Source: Patescibacteria group bacterium (GTDB lineage Bacteria; Patescibacteriota; UBA1384; XYA2-FULL-43-10). Taken from it: a stretch of DNA of 32,000 nt. Shown here in pieces: positions 17,454 to 26,543 of the stretch. The stretch's first letter is position 1. Every line of letters begins with the position of its first letter. The position numbers and the translations under genes were made by a program. Location of the stretch: contig JBAYVT010000005.1 of the NCBI GenBank assembly GCA_041674405.1, positions 60,001 to 92,000 of the forward strand. The letters run 5' to 3'. The notes beneath the pieces were generated by a model. The model had not been told where the DNA came from and searched no databases. It saw only the letters and a list, made by a program, of their open reading frames with translations.

Positions 17454-18131
17454 TTACACTTTTTTAACTTGCAAGAAGTCTAAGTTTACAGGTGTTTCAC
17501 GACCAAACATATTAACAAGCACTTTGACAGAACCTTTGTCTTGGTTAATTTCTTCAACCTTACCTTCAAATCCCTTGAGTGCCCCATCGGTAATACGAAC
17601 CAATTCGCCTTCTTTGAAATCGACTTTATACTTTGGTTCTTCAACACCCATTCGTTTCTTGATTCTGCCAATTTCATCCTTCGACATCGGGGTTGGGCGA
17701 ACGCCGAATCCAATAAATCCGGTAACATTCGGAGTGTTTCGAACAACATACCAAGAATCATCAGTTACAATCATGTCAACAAGGACATATCCTGGGAAAA
17801 TTCTTTTTTCAACGGTTCGTCTTTTACCATTTCTGATTTCGATTTGCTTTTCTTTTGGAACAATGACATCAAAAATTTTATCAGCCATGCCAAGAGATTC
17901 GATTCTCTGTTTAAGGGAATCAGCAACTTGTTCCTCGTATCCAGAATAAGTGTGAATTACATACCAGTTACGCTCGCCAGACTGCTTTAAGGTTAGAAAG
18001 CTTTTCTTTTCTTCGTCGGCTTGTGGTGATGGCTCTTCTTCCTTGAGAATCATCTCTTCGGTTTCACTCTCGCCCGAAACCTTATCGACAGAAACAGGCT
18101 CTTCAATTTTTTCAATTTTTTCTTCTGCCAT
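17454..18131 (-). CDS. nusG: Transcription termination/antitermination protein NusG with acidic N-terminal extension
   Basis: 225 aa; NWYVIHTYSGYEEQVADSLKQRI, FPGYVLVDM, NTPNVTGFIG, KOW region VRITDGALKGFEGKVEEIN. Confidence 0.97.
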   Translation of the reverse strand: MAEEKIEKIEEPVSVDKVSGESETEEMILKEEEPSPQADEEKKSFLTLKQSGERNWYVIHTYSGYEEQVADSLKQRIESLGMADKIFDVIVPKEKQIEIRNGKRRTVEKRIFPGYVLVDMIVTDDSWYVVRNTPNVTGFIGFGVRPTPMSKDEIGRIKKRMGVEEPKYKVDFKEGELVRITDGALKGFEGKVEEINQDKGSVKVLVNMFGRETPVNLDFLQVKKV

Positions 18132-18138
18132 AAATCCC

Positions 18139-18339
18139 CTATTGTTTTAAGGAAATTATATATGAAATTAAACTTGACAATCCCTGATCTATCGCCGTAA
18201 CTATCAGCACCGCAACTATCGAGGAAACAATGACAATCAAAGTATGATTAATTACATCCTTACGGCTAGGCCAAGTAACCTTATTAAGCTCCTTCCATAC
18301 TTCTGAAAAATATTTCGGGATCCTATTTATAAATGTCAT
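18139..18339 (-). CDS. secE: Preprotein translocase subunit SecE
   Basis: 66 aa; YFSEVWKELNKVTWPSRKDVINHT plus one TM helix. Confidence 0.95.
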   Translation of the reverse strand: MTFINRIPKYFSEVWKELNKVTWPSRKDVINHTLIVIVSSIVAVLIVTAIDQGLSSLISYIISLKQ

Positions 18340-18653
18340 TTGGACTCTATTTTATTAATTTGAACCTTTAAATACGAACTTCTTGACCCGGCAGTTCGCT
18401 TGTATCTCTTCTTTGCTCGGAACTTCAAGATGCGAACTTTGTCCGTTCTGCCAGTTTCTAGAATTTCTCCTTCGACTTTGGCATTTTTTATCTCCGGTTT
18501 ACCGATTTCCGTTTTTTTATCATCAGAAACAAGCAAAACCGAATCAAAAATGATTTTCTTGTTCTTGTCATCGTAATCAGACATCGGTAGATTGATAGTT
18601 GTCCCTTCGGACACCTTGTACTGATTGTTTTTGTAAGAAATTATTGCAAACAT
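18336..18653 (-). CDS. rplU: Ribosomal protein L21
   Basis: 105 aa; MFAIISYKNNQYKVSEG, VEGEILETGRTDKVRILKFRAKKRYKRTAGSRSSYLKVQI. Confidence 0.95.
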   Translation of the reverse strand: MFAIISYKNNQYKVSEGTTINLPMSDYDDKNKKIIFDSVLLVSDDKKTEIGKPEIKNAKVEGEILETGRTDKVRILKFRAKKRYKRTAGSRSSYLKVQINKIESK

Positions 18654-18695
18654 CGGTACTCCAAATTAAAAAAGACCTGCGGTCCACTTGGTAAA

Positions 18696-18725
18696 AGTGT
18701 ATCATAAGGCCCTAATAAAAGTCAA
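18696..18725 (-). promoter_or_regulatory. Promoter candidate for the rplU-secE-nusG-rplK operon
   Basis: Minus strand TTGACT, 18-nt spacer, TACACT, then leader CCAAGTGGACCGCAGGTCTTTTTT before rplU. Confidence 0.6.
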
Positions 18726-18745
18726 GTGAATTAACACCCATACCC

Positions 18746-19864
18746 CTATTTGAAGAATTTTTGTTTTTCTTTCTGATATATACTCTGTATTAAACCAAGT
18801 GCACTAAAACTAATAACTAGAGATGTTCCCCCGTAACTCATAAATGGCAAAGGTATTCCTGTAACTGGTAAAAGGCCCAAATTCATTCCGATATTAACTG
18901 CTGTTTGAAAAAGAAACATTGCACCAATCCCACATGCCAAAAAAAGTCCGTAATAATCTTTTGAATATGAGGCGATCGAAAAAATCCTAATTATCATAAA
19001 CAAAAATATTGCCACTATCAAAACTGAACCCAAAAAACCCAGGGCCTCTGAAGTACCAGCAAAAATAAAATCAGTATGTGGCTCTGGTAAAAATTTAAGT
19101 TGGCTTTGCGATCCTTGGCCCAATCCTTGCCCCAGAAGGCCACCTGAGCCAATGGAAATTTCTGCTTGTTTTACATTGTATCCATTCCCGTACGGATCGT
19201 TCTGGGGATTAATGAAAGTCATCACCCTATTCCGCTGATAAGTTTTAAGTAGTTTTCCGAAGGGAGCAACATTATTTACGGATAAAATAAAGGATCCTAA
19301 AAATAAGGCTAGAATTATAAATATTACGGCATACTGCTTGACAGTCGGTTTTGAAATAACCAACAAAATTGTATAAATAAATGCTACAACAAGCGCAGTG
19401 CCAAGATCGGGCTCTTTTAAAATCAGAAGTAGAGGTGGAACCATTAGAACAAGTGACCATAAATAATCTTTTATATTGAGTTTTCCCACGCGTTTATAAA
19501 AAAAGGAGGAAAGAGCGAATATCAAAGAAATCTTGGCAACTTCAGAGGGCTGAAGCCGAAAGAAGCCAAGATCAATCCACCTGGTAGCCCCCTTTGCCGT
19601 TGCACCCATCATGTCTACAATAATAAGAAGCAAAAGCGCCACGAAATAAAAAATCCACCACACATTCTTGAAGCTTCTATAATCCGAAAAAGCAAGCACG
19701 AACATCGCCCCAAGACCAAGTAAAGCACATAGACCCTGTTTAAATGCCAAGGTGGCATCTCCGCCAGCATATACTAAACTATAAATTACCGATACGCCAA
19801 TCGCACACAGAATGATTGGCCCGATAAACAAACCCAGATCAAAATTTTTGAGCTTTGTTAACAT
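18746..19864 (-). CDS. rodA: Rod shape-determining / SEDS family protein (RodA-like)
   Basis: 372 aa polytopic; RWIDLGFFRLQPSEVAKISLI, GLGQGSQSQLKFLPEPHTDFIFAGTSEALGFLGS, GMNLGLLPVTGIPLPFMSYGGTSL. Confidence 0.93.
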   Translation of the reverse strand: MLTKLKNFDLGLFIGPIILCAIGVSVIYSLVYAGGDATLAFKQGLCALLGLGAMFVLAFSDYRSFKNVWWIFYFVALLLLIIVDMMGATAKGATRWIDLGFFRLQPSEVAKISLIFALSSFFYKRVGKLNIKDYLWSLVLMVPPLLLILKEPDLGTALVVAFIYTILLVISKPTVKQYAVIFIILALFLGSFILSVNNVAPFGKLLKTYQRNRVMTFINPQNDPYGNGYNVKQAEISIGSGGLLGQGLGQGSQSQLKFLPEPHTDFIFAGTSEALGFLGSVLIVAIFLFMIIRIFSIASYSKDYYGLFLACGIGAMFLFQTAVNIGMNLGLLPVTGIPLPFMSYGGTSLVISFSALGLIQSIYQKEKQKFFK

Positions 19865-19870
19865 GTTGGC

Positions 19871-20125
19871 CTAAATCATTATTTCAATTAACTTTTGGGC
19901 TGTTTTCTCGCCTTTAACGATCCTTATAGCGGACGGATTAGTGTTGAAATATTCAGCAATCGATCTAATCACCGCCTTATTCGCTTTGCCTTCAACTGGT
20001 TTTTCGTTGATCCAAATTTTAAAAATGCCGTCATTCTCGAGAATCTTCGGTTTTTTTGAATTAGTAATTACTTTAACTGAAATTATTTTAGTGTTATTTT
20101 TTACATTTTTCATCGAGTGCTTCAT
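19871..20125 (-). CDS. DUF167 (YggU family) protein
   Basis: 84 aa; WINEKPVEGKANKAVIRSIAEYFNTNPSAIRIVKGEKTAQKLIEI. Start may be a downstream Met. Confidence 0.82.
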   Translation of the reverse strand: MKHSMKNVKNNTKIISVKVITNSKKPKILENDGIFKIWINEKPVEGKANKAVIRSIAEYFNTNPSAIRIVKGEKTAQKLIEIMI

Positions 20126-20534
20126 TTACTAGCCTATCAGCCCTCTTGTTTTGTTCGCGTGGCACGTATGTAAAAATTAATTTTATGTGAAACTTGCACT
20201 TGATCTTATTCAACGAATCCAAAAGAATACTTATGCCCTCATTTTTTACCTTGTAATTTCCGTTGATTTGTTCAACTACCAGCTGGCTATCTAGCCGGCA
20301 AACAACTTCTGAATCAGGATTGTTGTTGTTTTTTAGCCACTTGCTTTTCTCGAGAATTAGAAGTGCTTTGAGAATCGCACGATATTCAGCCTGATTATTG
20401 GTAGTATTGCCGATAAATTCTTTATAAGAATGGATTTCAACTTCATTTTCATCATAAAAAACCACTCCGATGCCTGCCGGACCCGGATTTCCTCTTGCCC
20501 CGCCGTCGGTATTTATATAGATCTTCGGCATCAA
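20094..20534 (-). CDS. Ribonuclease H family protein (RNase HI-like)
   Basis: 146 aa; IYINTDGGARGNPGPAGIGVVFY, NNQAEYRAILKAL, RLDSQLVVEQINGNYKVKN, REQNKRADRLVNEAL. Confidence 0.9.
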   Translation of the reverse strand: MMPKIYINTDGGARGNPGPAGIGVVFYDENEVEIHSYKEFIGNTTNNQAEYRAILKALLILEKSKWLKNNNNPDSEVVCRLDSQLVVEQINGNYKVKNEGISILLDSLNKIKCKFHIKLIFTYVPREQNKRADRLVNEALDEKCKK

Positions 20535-21511
20535 ATTCCCAATCCAACAGCCTTATGCACCCTTCCAAGGGTTTCTGTGGCAATAGGCCAAACTTTATTG
20601 GCTCCTTCGTTCAATAATTCCTTGATTTCAGATTCACTTGATATTATTTTGTTGTATTTTTCCTGTATTGGGCGCAAATATTCAATAATGACTTCAGTCA
20701 AAGATTCCTTGAATTCCTTGTACCCTTTGCCGACAAACTCCCCTTCGATTGAGCTAATTTCTTTTCCGGTGACCTCGTGATAAATGTTCAATAAATTGGT
20801 GATCGCAGGCCTTTCTGTTCCAGATTTAACTTCCGATCCAGAATCGGTAACCGCGCGCATTATTTTTTGCTTGACAATGTCCGCTGTGTCAAACATTGAG
20901 ATATAGTTGTTTGGGGTTGAAGATGATTTACTCATTTTCTTTTCCGGGTTATCAAGACCCATAATTCGGGCGGATGTTTTTTTAATTAGTGGCTCAGGTA
21001 TAGTAAATATTTGGCCAAATTTGCTATTGAATCGAATGGCAATGTCACGGGTTAGCTCAACATGCTGTTTTTGATCATCACCAACAGGCACATGGGTTGT
21101 CCCATAAAGAAGAATATCGGCCGCCATAAGGACGGGGTAATCGAACAAACCGGCAGAAACCGAGTCAGAATCGCCTCCTTTATCTTTAAATTGGGTCATT
21201 CGTTTAAGTTCGCCAATATTTGTAAAACAATTCAAGATCCAGGCAAGTTCGGAATGTTCCGGTCTTTGAGACTGGACAAATAGAGATGATTTTTTAGGAT
21301 CAATTCCTGCTGCCAAATAAAGCGCAGCCAAAGATATGATATTTTTCTGAAGCTCCTCGGGGTCTTTTGGTACAGTTATGGCATGAAGATCAACAATACA
21401 AAAAATAGATTGCTCGGCATCATTTTGAAGATCAATCCATTGTTTAATTGCACCCAAATAATTTCCGATGTGTATTTGCCCTGTTGGCTGTATACCAGAA
21501 AAGATCTTCAT
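20531..21511 (-). CDS. trpS: Tryptophan--tRNA ligase
   Basis: 326 aa; FSGIQPTGQIHIGNYLGAIKQW, ADILLYGTTHVPVGDDQKQHVEL, KKMSKS. Confidence 0.97.
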   Translation of the reverse strand: MKIFSGIQPTGQIHIGNYLGAIKQWIDLQNDAEQSIFCIVDLHAITVPKDPEELQKNIISLAALYLAAGIDPKKSSLFVQSQRPEHSELAWILNCFTNIGELKRMTQFKDKGGDSDSVSAGLFDYPVLMAADILLYGTTHVPVGDDQKQHVELTRDIAIRFNSKFGQIFTIPEPLIKKTSARIMGLDNPEKKMSKSSSTPNNYISMFDTADIVKQKIMRAVTDSGSEVKSGTERPAITNLLNIYHEVTGKEISSIEGEFVGKGYKEFKESLTEVIIEYLRPIQEKYNKIISSESEIKELLNEGANKVWPIATETLGRVHKAVGLGI

Positions 21512-21583
21512 TTTGATCCTAAAATTAATGTTAAAAAAATAGAATTTAACTTTATACTATACAAGTTCGTATGAAAATTCAAA

Positions 21584-22312
21584 CTATGGGTTATAGTCTC
21601 GGCTCTCAACACTCGTTTTGATTTCAGCCTGAGCACGATAATTGGGCAGTAAATTGTCATAATCTTTTGATTGTGCAAAGATCCCTATCCTTACAAATGG
21701 CTGCTGAATTCCAGACGAAGCCATAAACCCCCAAAATCTGGCATTGAGGCTTACTTCATTATTTACTATTTCCTCTCTAAAATTTTGGTTTGTGTTCAAA
21801 TTTATCGTGCCTTTCCATTCATTACTAGAAACTTCATCAGAAATCGTATATTCGCGACGATAAAGGTCATGATCGCCACTTGCAGTCACCAGCGTTCTGT
21901 AGAGTATTATTTTACTATCAGTTTTTTTAAGTACTCCAAGAGAATAATAGTTATTTGAATTGTAGTTGATTGTCTCATCTGGGTTTGTTCCGCCTGGCCT
22001 AACAATATTTCCAGAAGTCGTGGAAAAACTGCCAGACTGATCGGTTTGGACCAAAAACACATCCCTAACAAGCACATCTGCGGTAGTACCCGCCGTGATT
22101 TTTACGCTGCCGTTTGAAAGCCTCACGTCATCTGAAATTTTCATCATAGTACCCCTAGCCTCGGACAGAGAATTTCTGGTTTCCCTAATTTTTGCATTAT
22201 ATGAGGAAGTCATAGAAAAAACAGCTGTTGCCATGATCATAATAATGGCAAAAATTGTCGATGCAATCAGTATTTCTATGAGTGTAAAACCTTTTTTGTG
22301 TGAATTTGTCAT
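21584..22312 (-). CDS. Prepilin-type N-terminal methylation protein (minor pilin, PilW/GspJ-like)
   Basis: 242 aa; KKGFTLIEILIASTIFAIIMIMATAVFS. Confidence 0.85.
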   Translation of the reverse strand: MTNSHKKGFTLIEILIASTIFAIIMIMATAVFSMTSSYNAKIRETRNSLSEARGTMMKISDDVRLSNGSVKITAGTTADVLVRDVFLVQTDQSGSFSTTSGNIVRPGGTNPDETINYNSNNYYSLGVLKKTDSKIILYRTLVTASGDHDLYRREYTISDEVSSNEWKGTINLNTNQNFREEIVNNEVSLNARFWGFMASSGIQQPFVRIGIFAQSKDYDNLLPNYRAQAEIKTSVESRDYNP

Positions 22313-22315
22313 ATG

Positions 22316-22912
22316 CTAAAAATTAGGATGTGAATTAGTAATAAGCTCGTCAATCAAAACAGACTTGCTATTATTATCGCCCCAGGTTATCGTGCAAGTT
22401 GCAATTATGGCATTGTTATTATCGACGGTGATATTATTTCCTAAACCATCTGTAACATTGTCGATATCCTCTGCAGCCTTGAAAATAATGGTTCGCGTAA
22501 ATTTGTTTCCATCTAGCGGTACTTCTCCAGTGATTCCGGATCCATCTTTTTCAACTAATTTTGAACGATTTGGATAATTGGGAGCCGGAGTAGAACTCGC
22601 GGCCTTAAAGTCAAAAACATATTCGGTATTTAGTTTTGGCTTATTGTCAGCAATATTTTCCAATACGAAGGAATTCCATTTTGTAGAGGGGTCATTGTCA
22701 ATGTAATTGGTATCGCGAATCTGCCTTAACATTTCAATCCCCTGTTGTGCTAAAAATGTGGCTTGAGCTCTTTGCTTAGTCAAACTCAAGTTGTTTAGAA
22801 CCGTCTTGCCAAGCACAACAAGAGCACCAAGCATGGTGATAATAATAACTCCAGCCAGTAATACTTCTAGCAAACCAAAGCCTTTAGTTTTTGTGACGAG
22901 CATTTTTTTCAT
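22316..22912 (-). CDS. Prepilin-like minor pilin (PilV/GspI-like)
   Basis: 198 aa; KGFGLLEVLLAGVIIITMLGALVVLGKTVLNN; later AQATFLAQQGIEMLRQIRD. Confidence 0.82.
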   Translation of the reverse strand: MKKMLVTKTKGFGLLEVLLAGVIIITMLGALVVLGKTVLNNLSLTKQRAQATFLAQQGIEMLRQIRDTNYIDNDPSTKWNSFVLENIADNKPKLNTEYVFDFKAASSTPAPNYPNRSKLVEKDGSGITGEVPLDGNKFTRTIIFKAAEDIDNVTDGLGNNITVDNNNAIIATCTITWGDNNSKSVLIDELITNSHPNF

Positions 22913-23436
22913 TGCATAATGGTATTATTTTTTGCCGAATAAGGCTCTGCGGTGACTACGACCCGTTGTTCGCGCGTTGTTCTGTTTGAACCTATAGTAA
23001 TGCTTGTACTTGGTAAATTATTATTGATTTTAAAATTTCCGGGGTAATAAGAGTATGTAAAACCCAAATCCGATCCGGTACCGAAAACTACATTCATTCC
23101 AGTAAAGTCTACAATGTCTTTGGAGTCAGTTATAGAAGTAGGCGCAAGATCACAATCCTCTTTTGTGCTATTGATCTGCCCGTACTGAATATTCATACTT
23201 GTTCCATCGGGGTTTTGAGTAAATATAATCCTGGCACAATTTTGGTTTTGTTGGGGATTTTGTGAATATGCATAGGCGCGATCCAGCAGCGCTTTCACCT
23301 CGTCTGCCTTTAATACGACTTCCTGCCTGGCCCCAAAATTTTGATATGCCGGAATAGCTGCCGCAGCCATTAACAAAATAATCGCAATCACTATCAATAT
23401 TTCAATTAATGTAAAGGCTCTTTTTTTAAAACTCAT
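22909..23436 (-). CDS. Prepilin-like minor pilin (GspH/FimT-like)
   Basis: 175 aa; KRAFTLIEILIVIAIILLMAAAAIPAYQNF. Confidence 0.82.
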   Translation of the reverse strand: MSFKKRAFTLIEILIVIAIILLMAAAAIPAYQNFGARQEVVLKADEVKALLDRAYAYSQNPQQNQNCARIIFTQNPDGTSMNIQYGQINSTKEDCDLAPTSITDSKDIVDFTGMNVVFGTGSDLGFTYSYYPGNFKINNNLPSTSITIGSNRTTREQRVVVTAEPYSAKNNTIMQ

Positions 23437-23460
23437 TTTTAACCAAAATTAACAATATTG

Positions 23461-24108
23461 TCATGGCGCACTAACAAGATTTGAACCGACGAAAAATATT
23501 TCTGGATATTCCGGTGATGTATAGGCGCTGGAAAAATCTTTGAGCGATTCAGATGCGGACAGTGCCATCGCTTGCCCTTGTGTATCGCGGAGTGTTTGGC
23601 TGAAAAATTTCCTACCATTCCCATCATTTGCGATTTCAAGGTGAGCGGCTAATACATAAGAATATTTCGATGTAAGATAGGTGTAAAAATATTCATTCGG
23701 ATCCGCATGCCAAGTTACATGGTTTTGGGTATTATCTTTTTGTTTAGGATCTTCCGCCATAGGAAGGGGAATATATCCGTTGAGAAGCCCATTGAGACCG
23801 CTAGACCAGCGATTAGTATTGGGTCCACCATCCGGGTTTGACAATGAATTACAGCTTCTTACCCGATACCAATTTTGGCCGGCTGGAACATTTACTGCAT
23901 CATATGGATATACCCTTCTATCGGCATGAAATGCTTCAATTGCCGCAGCAATTGCCTGAATATCAGCCTTTCTCTTGTTGTCCCGCGCTTTTGCCTGGGC
24001 ATTGGTATATGAAATGATAATAATTGTTGCAAGAATCCCAATAATTGCAACTACGACAAGCAGCTCAATTAATGTAAATGCCCTTGATTTTGCTAAATGC
24101 CGTCTCAT
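23461..24108 (-). CDS. Type IV pilin-like protein
   Basis: 215 aa; [46 protein letters not shown]. Confidence 0.87.
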   Translation of the reverse strand: MRRHLAKSRAFTLIELLVVVAIIGILATIIIISYTNAQAKARDNKRKADIQAIAAAIEAFHADRRVYPYDAVNVPAGQNWYRVRSCNSLSNPDGGPNTNRWSSGLNGLLNGYIPLPMAEDPKQKDNTQNHVTWHADPNEYFYTYLTSKYSYVLAAHLEIANDGNGRKFFSQTLRDTQGQAMALSASESLKDFSSAYTSPEYPEIFFVGSNLVSAP

Positions 24109-24671
24109 CTATTTGTGTGTTTATCTATAAAATAGGCCTTGTTATTGTCATGATCTTGTTGGTTGTAAGAAAAATTTGGCGGATCAGTGGTTGCGGGACC
24201 ATATCCCCCGCAAATCCCGCCCACAGGGTAAAAAGCGGTGTTTCCGGAAGAAGTCTCAAGACGGGTAGTCAAACAATACTGATTTGGCCACAATATAACC
24301 CCGTAAGAATAAATCTCACTTTGATTCCACGATTCAAGTCCATTGTATGAGCTGAGTGCAACCTTTGGATCTTGCGGTAGAGAACTAAGATAGCCCGAAA
24401 GCCAATTGCCCAACTTGGGCCAATAGCGAGGGTCTGCAGAATCGTTGACATATGAGGCGAAGGTATCATGATCTGTGTTGGAATACCTATGCTTATCGGC
24501 ATATCTCATTTCCAACGCACTGGCGATGGACTCGAGATCGACCTTTCTTTTATTATCTCTGGCTTTGGCTTGTGCATTATTATAAGAAATGATAATTATT
24601 GTTGCCAAAATTCCGATTATTGCAATAACAACCAATAACTCAATTAATGTGAAACCTCTTTTTCTGTCCAT
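24105..24671 (-). CDS. Type IV pilin-like protein (paralog of adjacent gene)
   Basis: 188 aa; [54 protein letters not shown]. Confidence 0.87.
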   Translation of the reverse strand: MDRKRGFTLIELLVVIAIIGILATIIIISYNNAQAKARDNKRKVDLESIASALEMRYADKHRYSNTDHDTFASYVNDSADPRYWPKLGNWLSGYLSSLPQDPKVALSSYNGLESWNQSEIYSYGVILWPNQYCLTTRLETSSGNTAFYPVGGICGGYGPATTDPPNFSYNQQDHDNNKAYFIDKHTNR

Positions 24672-24679
24672 ATCCCCTC

Positions 24680-25438
24680 CTAAATCCTAAAATATCCAAA
24701 ATACCAATCAATAAAATATTGTCCCCAAATAAGGGCAATCAGCGCCGAGGCAATCAAAAACGGGGCAAATGGCAAACTATCTTTCATTTGTTTCTTTTTA
24801 GTAGCTAAATATATTACACCCACTATTGAACCGAGAACAAAGGCAGCGAAAATCAGAAACATCGCTCGCGGATAGCCAACCATGGCACCAACCAGAAAAC
24901 CAAGTTTGATATCGCCTGCCCCCATCCATTTTTCCCTAGATACAAGCACGAGTATAAGCGGGATCGCTCCACAGATTAATGAACCAATGAGCATATTAGA
25001 TAATCCAAAATTTCCAAAATACCATGATCCCAAAAGGGCGATTACAAGCCCTGTCCAGACAAATTCTTCCGGAATCAGTTCGGTTTTAAAATCATATACA
25101 AAAACGACGGTGAGTATAGAAAACAAAATCGCATAAAAAGCAAATTGCCACCCCAGCCCAAAAATATAATATAAAACTAAAAATAATAGGGCTATCCCCA
25201 CCTCAACGATTGGATATTGGATTGATATTGTTTTTTTGCAATATCTGCATTTTCCGCGCAAAATAACATAGCTTAAAAATGGGATAAGATCATACCATCT
25301 CAGCACCTCTTTGCAATGTGGACAATGTGACCTAGTATAAAGAACGCTTTTCAAATCATCAATACGGAAAATTATAACATTCAAAAAACTGCCAATCGCC
25401 AGTCCCACAAGAATCGCTATGATTGGATAAATATACAT
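24680..25438 (-). CDS. pilD: Prepilin peptidase
   Basis: 252 aa; GLAIGSFLNVIIFRI, CPHCKEVLRWYDLIPFLSYVILRGKCRYCKKTIS, KWMGAGDIKLGFLVG. Confidence 0.95.
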   Translation of the reverse strand: MYIYPIIAILVGLAIGSFLNVIIFRIDDLKSVLYTRSHCPHCKEVLRWYDLIPFLSYVILRGKCRYCKKTISIQYPIVEVGIALLFLVLYYIFGLGWQFAFYAILFSILTVVFVYDFKTELIPEEFVWTGLVIALLGSWYFGNFGLSNMLIGSLICGAIPLILVLVSREKWMGAGDIKLGFLVGAMVGYPRAMFLIFAAFVLGSIVGVIYLATKKKQMKDSLPFAPFLIASALIALIWGQYFIDWYFGYFRI

Positions 25439-25507
25439 TAAAAATACTCCTTATTCAATTTTTAAATTAATACCCACAGGGTCCCCCTAAGGGGACCTTT
25501 GTAGAAA

Positions 25508-26020
25508 CTAATCTGTTAGCGCATAATTGTAGTTTGCGGGCAACCCAACTGTTGAGGTTGGTGCTGTTGCATTCACTATTTGATATGTGCCCTCAGTGGC
25601 TCCCGGAGTAGCCTCACCTTTATCCGAATCTGCTGTATTTTCAAGCTCTGCGGCTAGAGCAAAATCAGCCGGGGTGCCAGCAGTGCCATTGTGGGATAAA
25701 TACATATACGGATTTGTTCCCTGTGGATCTGCAGGCATTGTCTTAAGATAAAGCCCTCCCGCAATAAGAGCGGCTGTAACCGTGTTTCCAGAAGCTGCCA
25801 AAGATTCAAAAGTATCATCAGCGGTAGCAGCCGGGAATTGATCCTTGTCCGTGTTATATTGGGCGAGAGCGGACTTGATCGTACGAAGATCATTTTTTCT
25901 TCTCGCATCGCGAGCCTTGGCTCTGGCACCATTAAGCGCTACAAGCACCATAGCTGCCAAAATGCCAATGATGGCGATAACTACAAGAAGCTCAATTAAT
26001 GTAAAACCTCTTTTTTTCAT
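25508..26020 (-). CDS. Type IV pilin-like protein
   Basis: 170 aa; [53 protein letters not shown]. Confidence 0.88.
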   Translation of the reverse strand: MKKRGFTLIELLVVIAIIGILAAMVLVALNGARAKARDARRKNDLRTIKSALAQYNTDKDQFPAATADDTFESLAASGNTVTAALIAGGLYLKTMPADPQGTNPYMYLSHNGTAGTPADFALAAELENTADSDKGEATPGATEGTYQIVNATAPTSTVGLPANYNYALTD

Positions 26021-26050
26021 AAAAACTCCTAATGATTTATTAGTATTGTA

Positions 26051-26473
26051 CTAATCGCAGTTTGATGTTGAGCCAACAGTACAAGTAATAGATGGATACC
26101 CCGTAGCAGGAGTTACAGCCATTGCTGTTAACGTCGTTCCATTTAAAGCATTGGTTACCGTGTAGGAGTAACCGTCACTGGCAGCTGTTAATGTTGGCCA
26201 AACAACATTTGCCGCATCTGATGATACGCCTGCGGGGATATTGCTGCAGATATTACCAGAGGGGGTTGTATTTGCGTGAGCTGCACCAAGATTTCCACCA
26301 TCTACCACACAAATAGAAATCGTCTTTAGGGCCTGGTTAAGATTTGAAACTGCTGCAGCTTTTTTGGCGGCCGGCCTTGCATTAGATAATGCAATAATAA
26401 TGATCGTCGCCAAAATGCCAATGATTGCGATAACCACCAAAAGCTCGATAAGTGTAAAACCTCTTTTTTTCAT
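26051..26473 (-). CDS. Type IV pilin-like protein, candidate major pilin
   Basis: 140 aa; [47 protein letters not shown]; strong SD aaaggagg; Cys-containing C-terminus. Confidence 0.85.
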   Translation of the reverse strand: MKKRGFTLIELLVVIAIIGILATIIIIALSNARPAAKKAAAVSNLNQALKTISICVVDGGNLGAAHANTTPSGNICSNIPAGVSSDAANVVWPTLTAASDGYSYTVTNALNGTTLTAMAVTPATGYPSITCTVGSTSNCD

Positions 26474-26496
26474 ATTCCTCCTTTAACGCTTATTAC

Positions 26497-26525
26497 AGTC
26501 TTGATCGACCCCTCCTAGGACAAGA
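26497..26525. repeat. Intergenic hairpin gtcttg...caagac between pilC and the pilin gene
   Basis: 6-bp arms, 17-nt loop; T-rich tract on the plus-strand side only. Confidence 0.4.
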
Positions 26526-26543
26526 CAGTTTTTTATATTAAAA

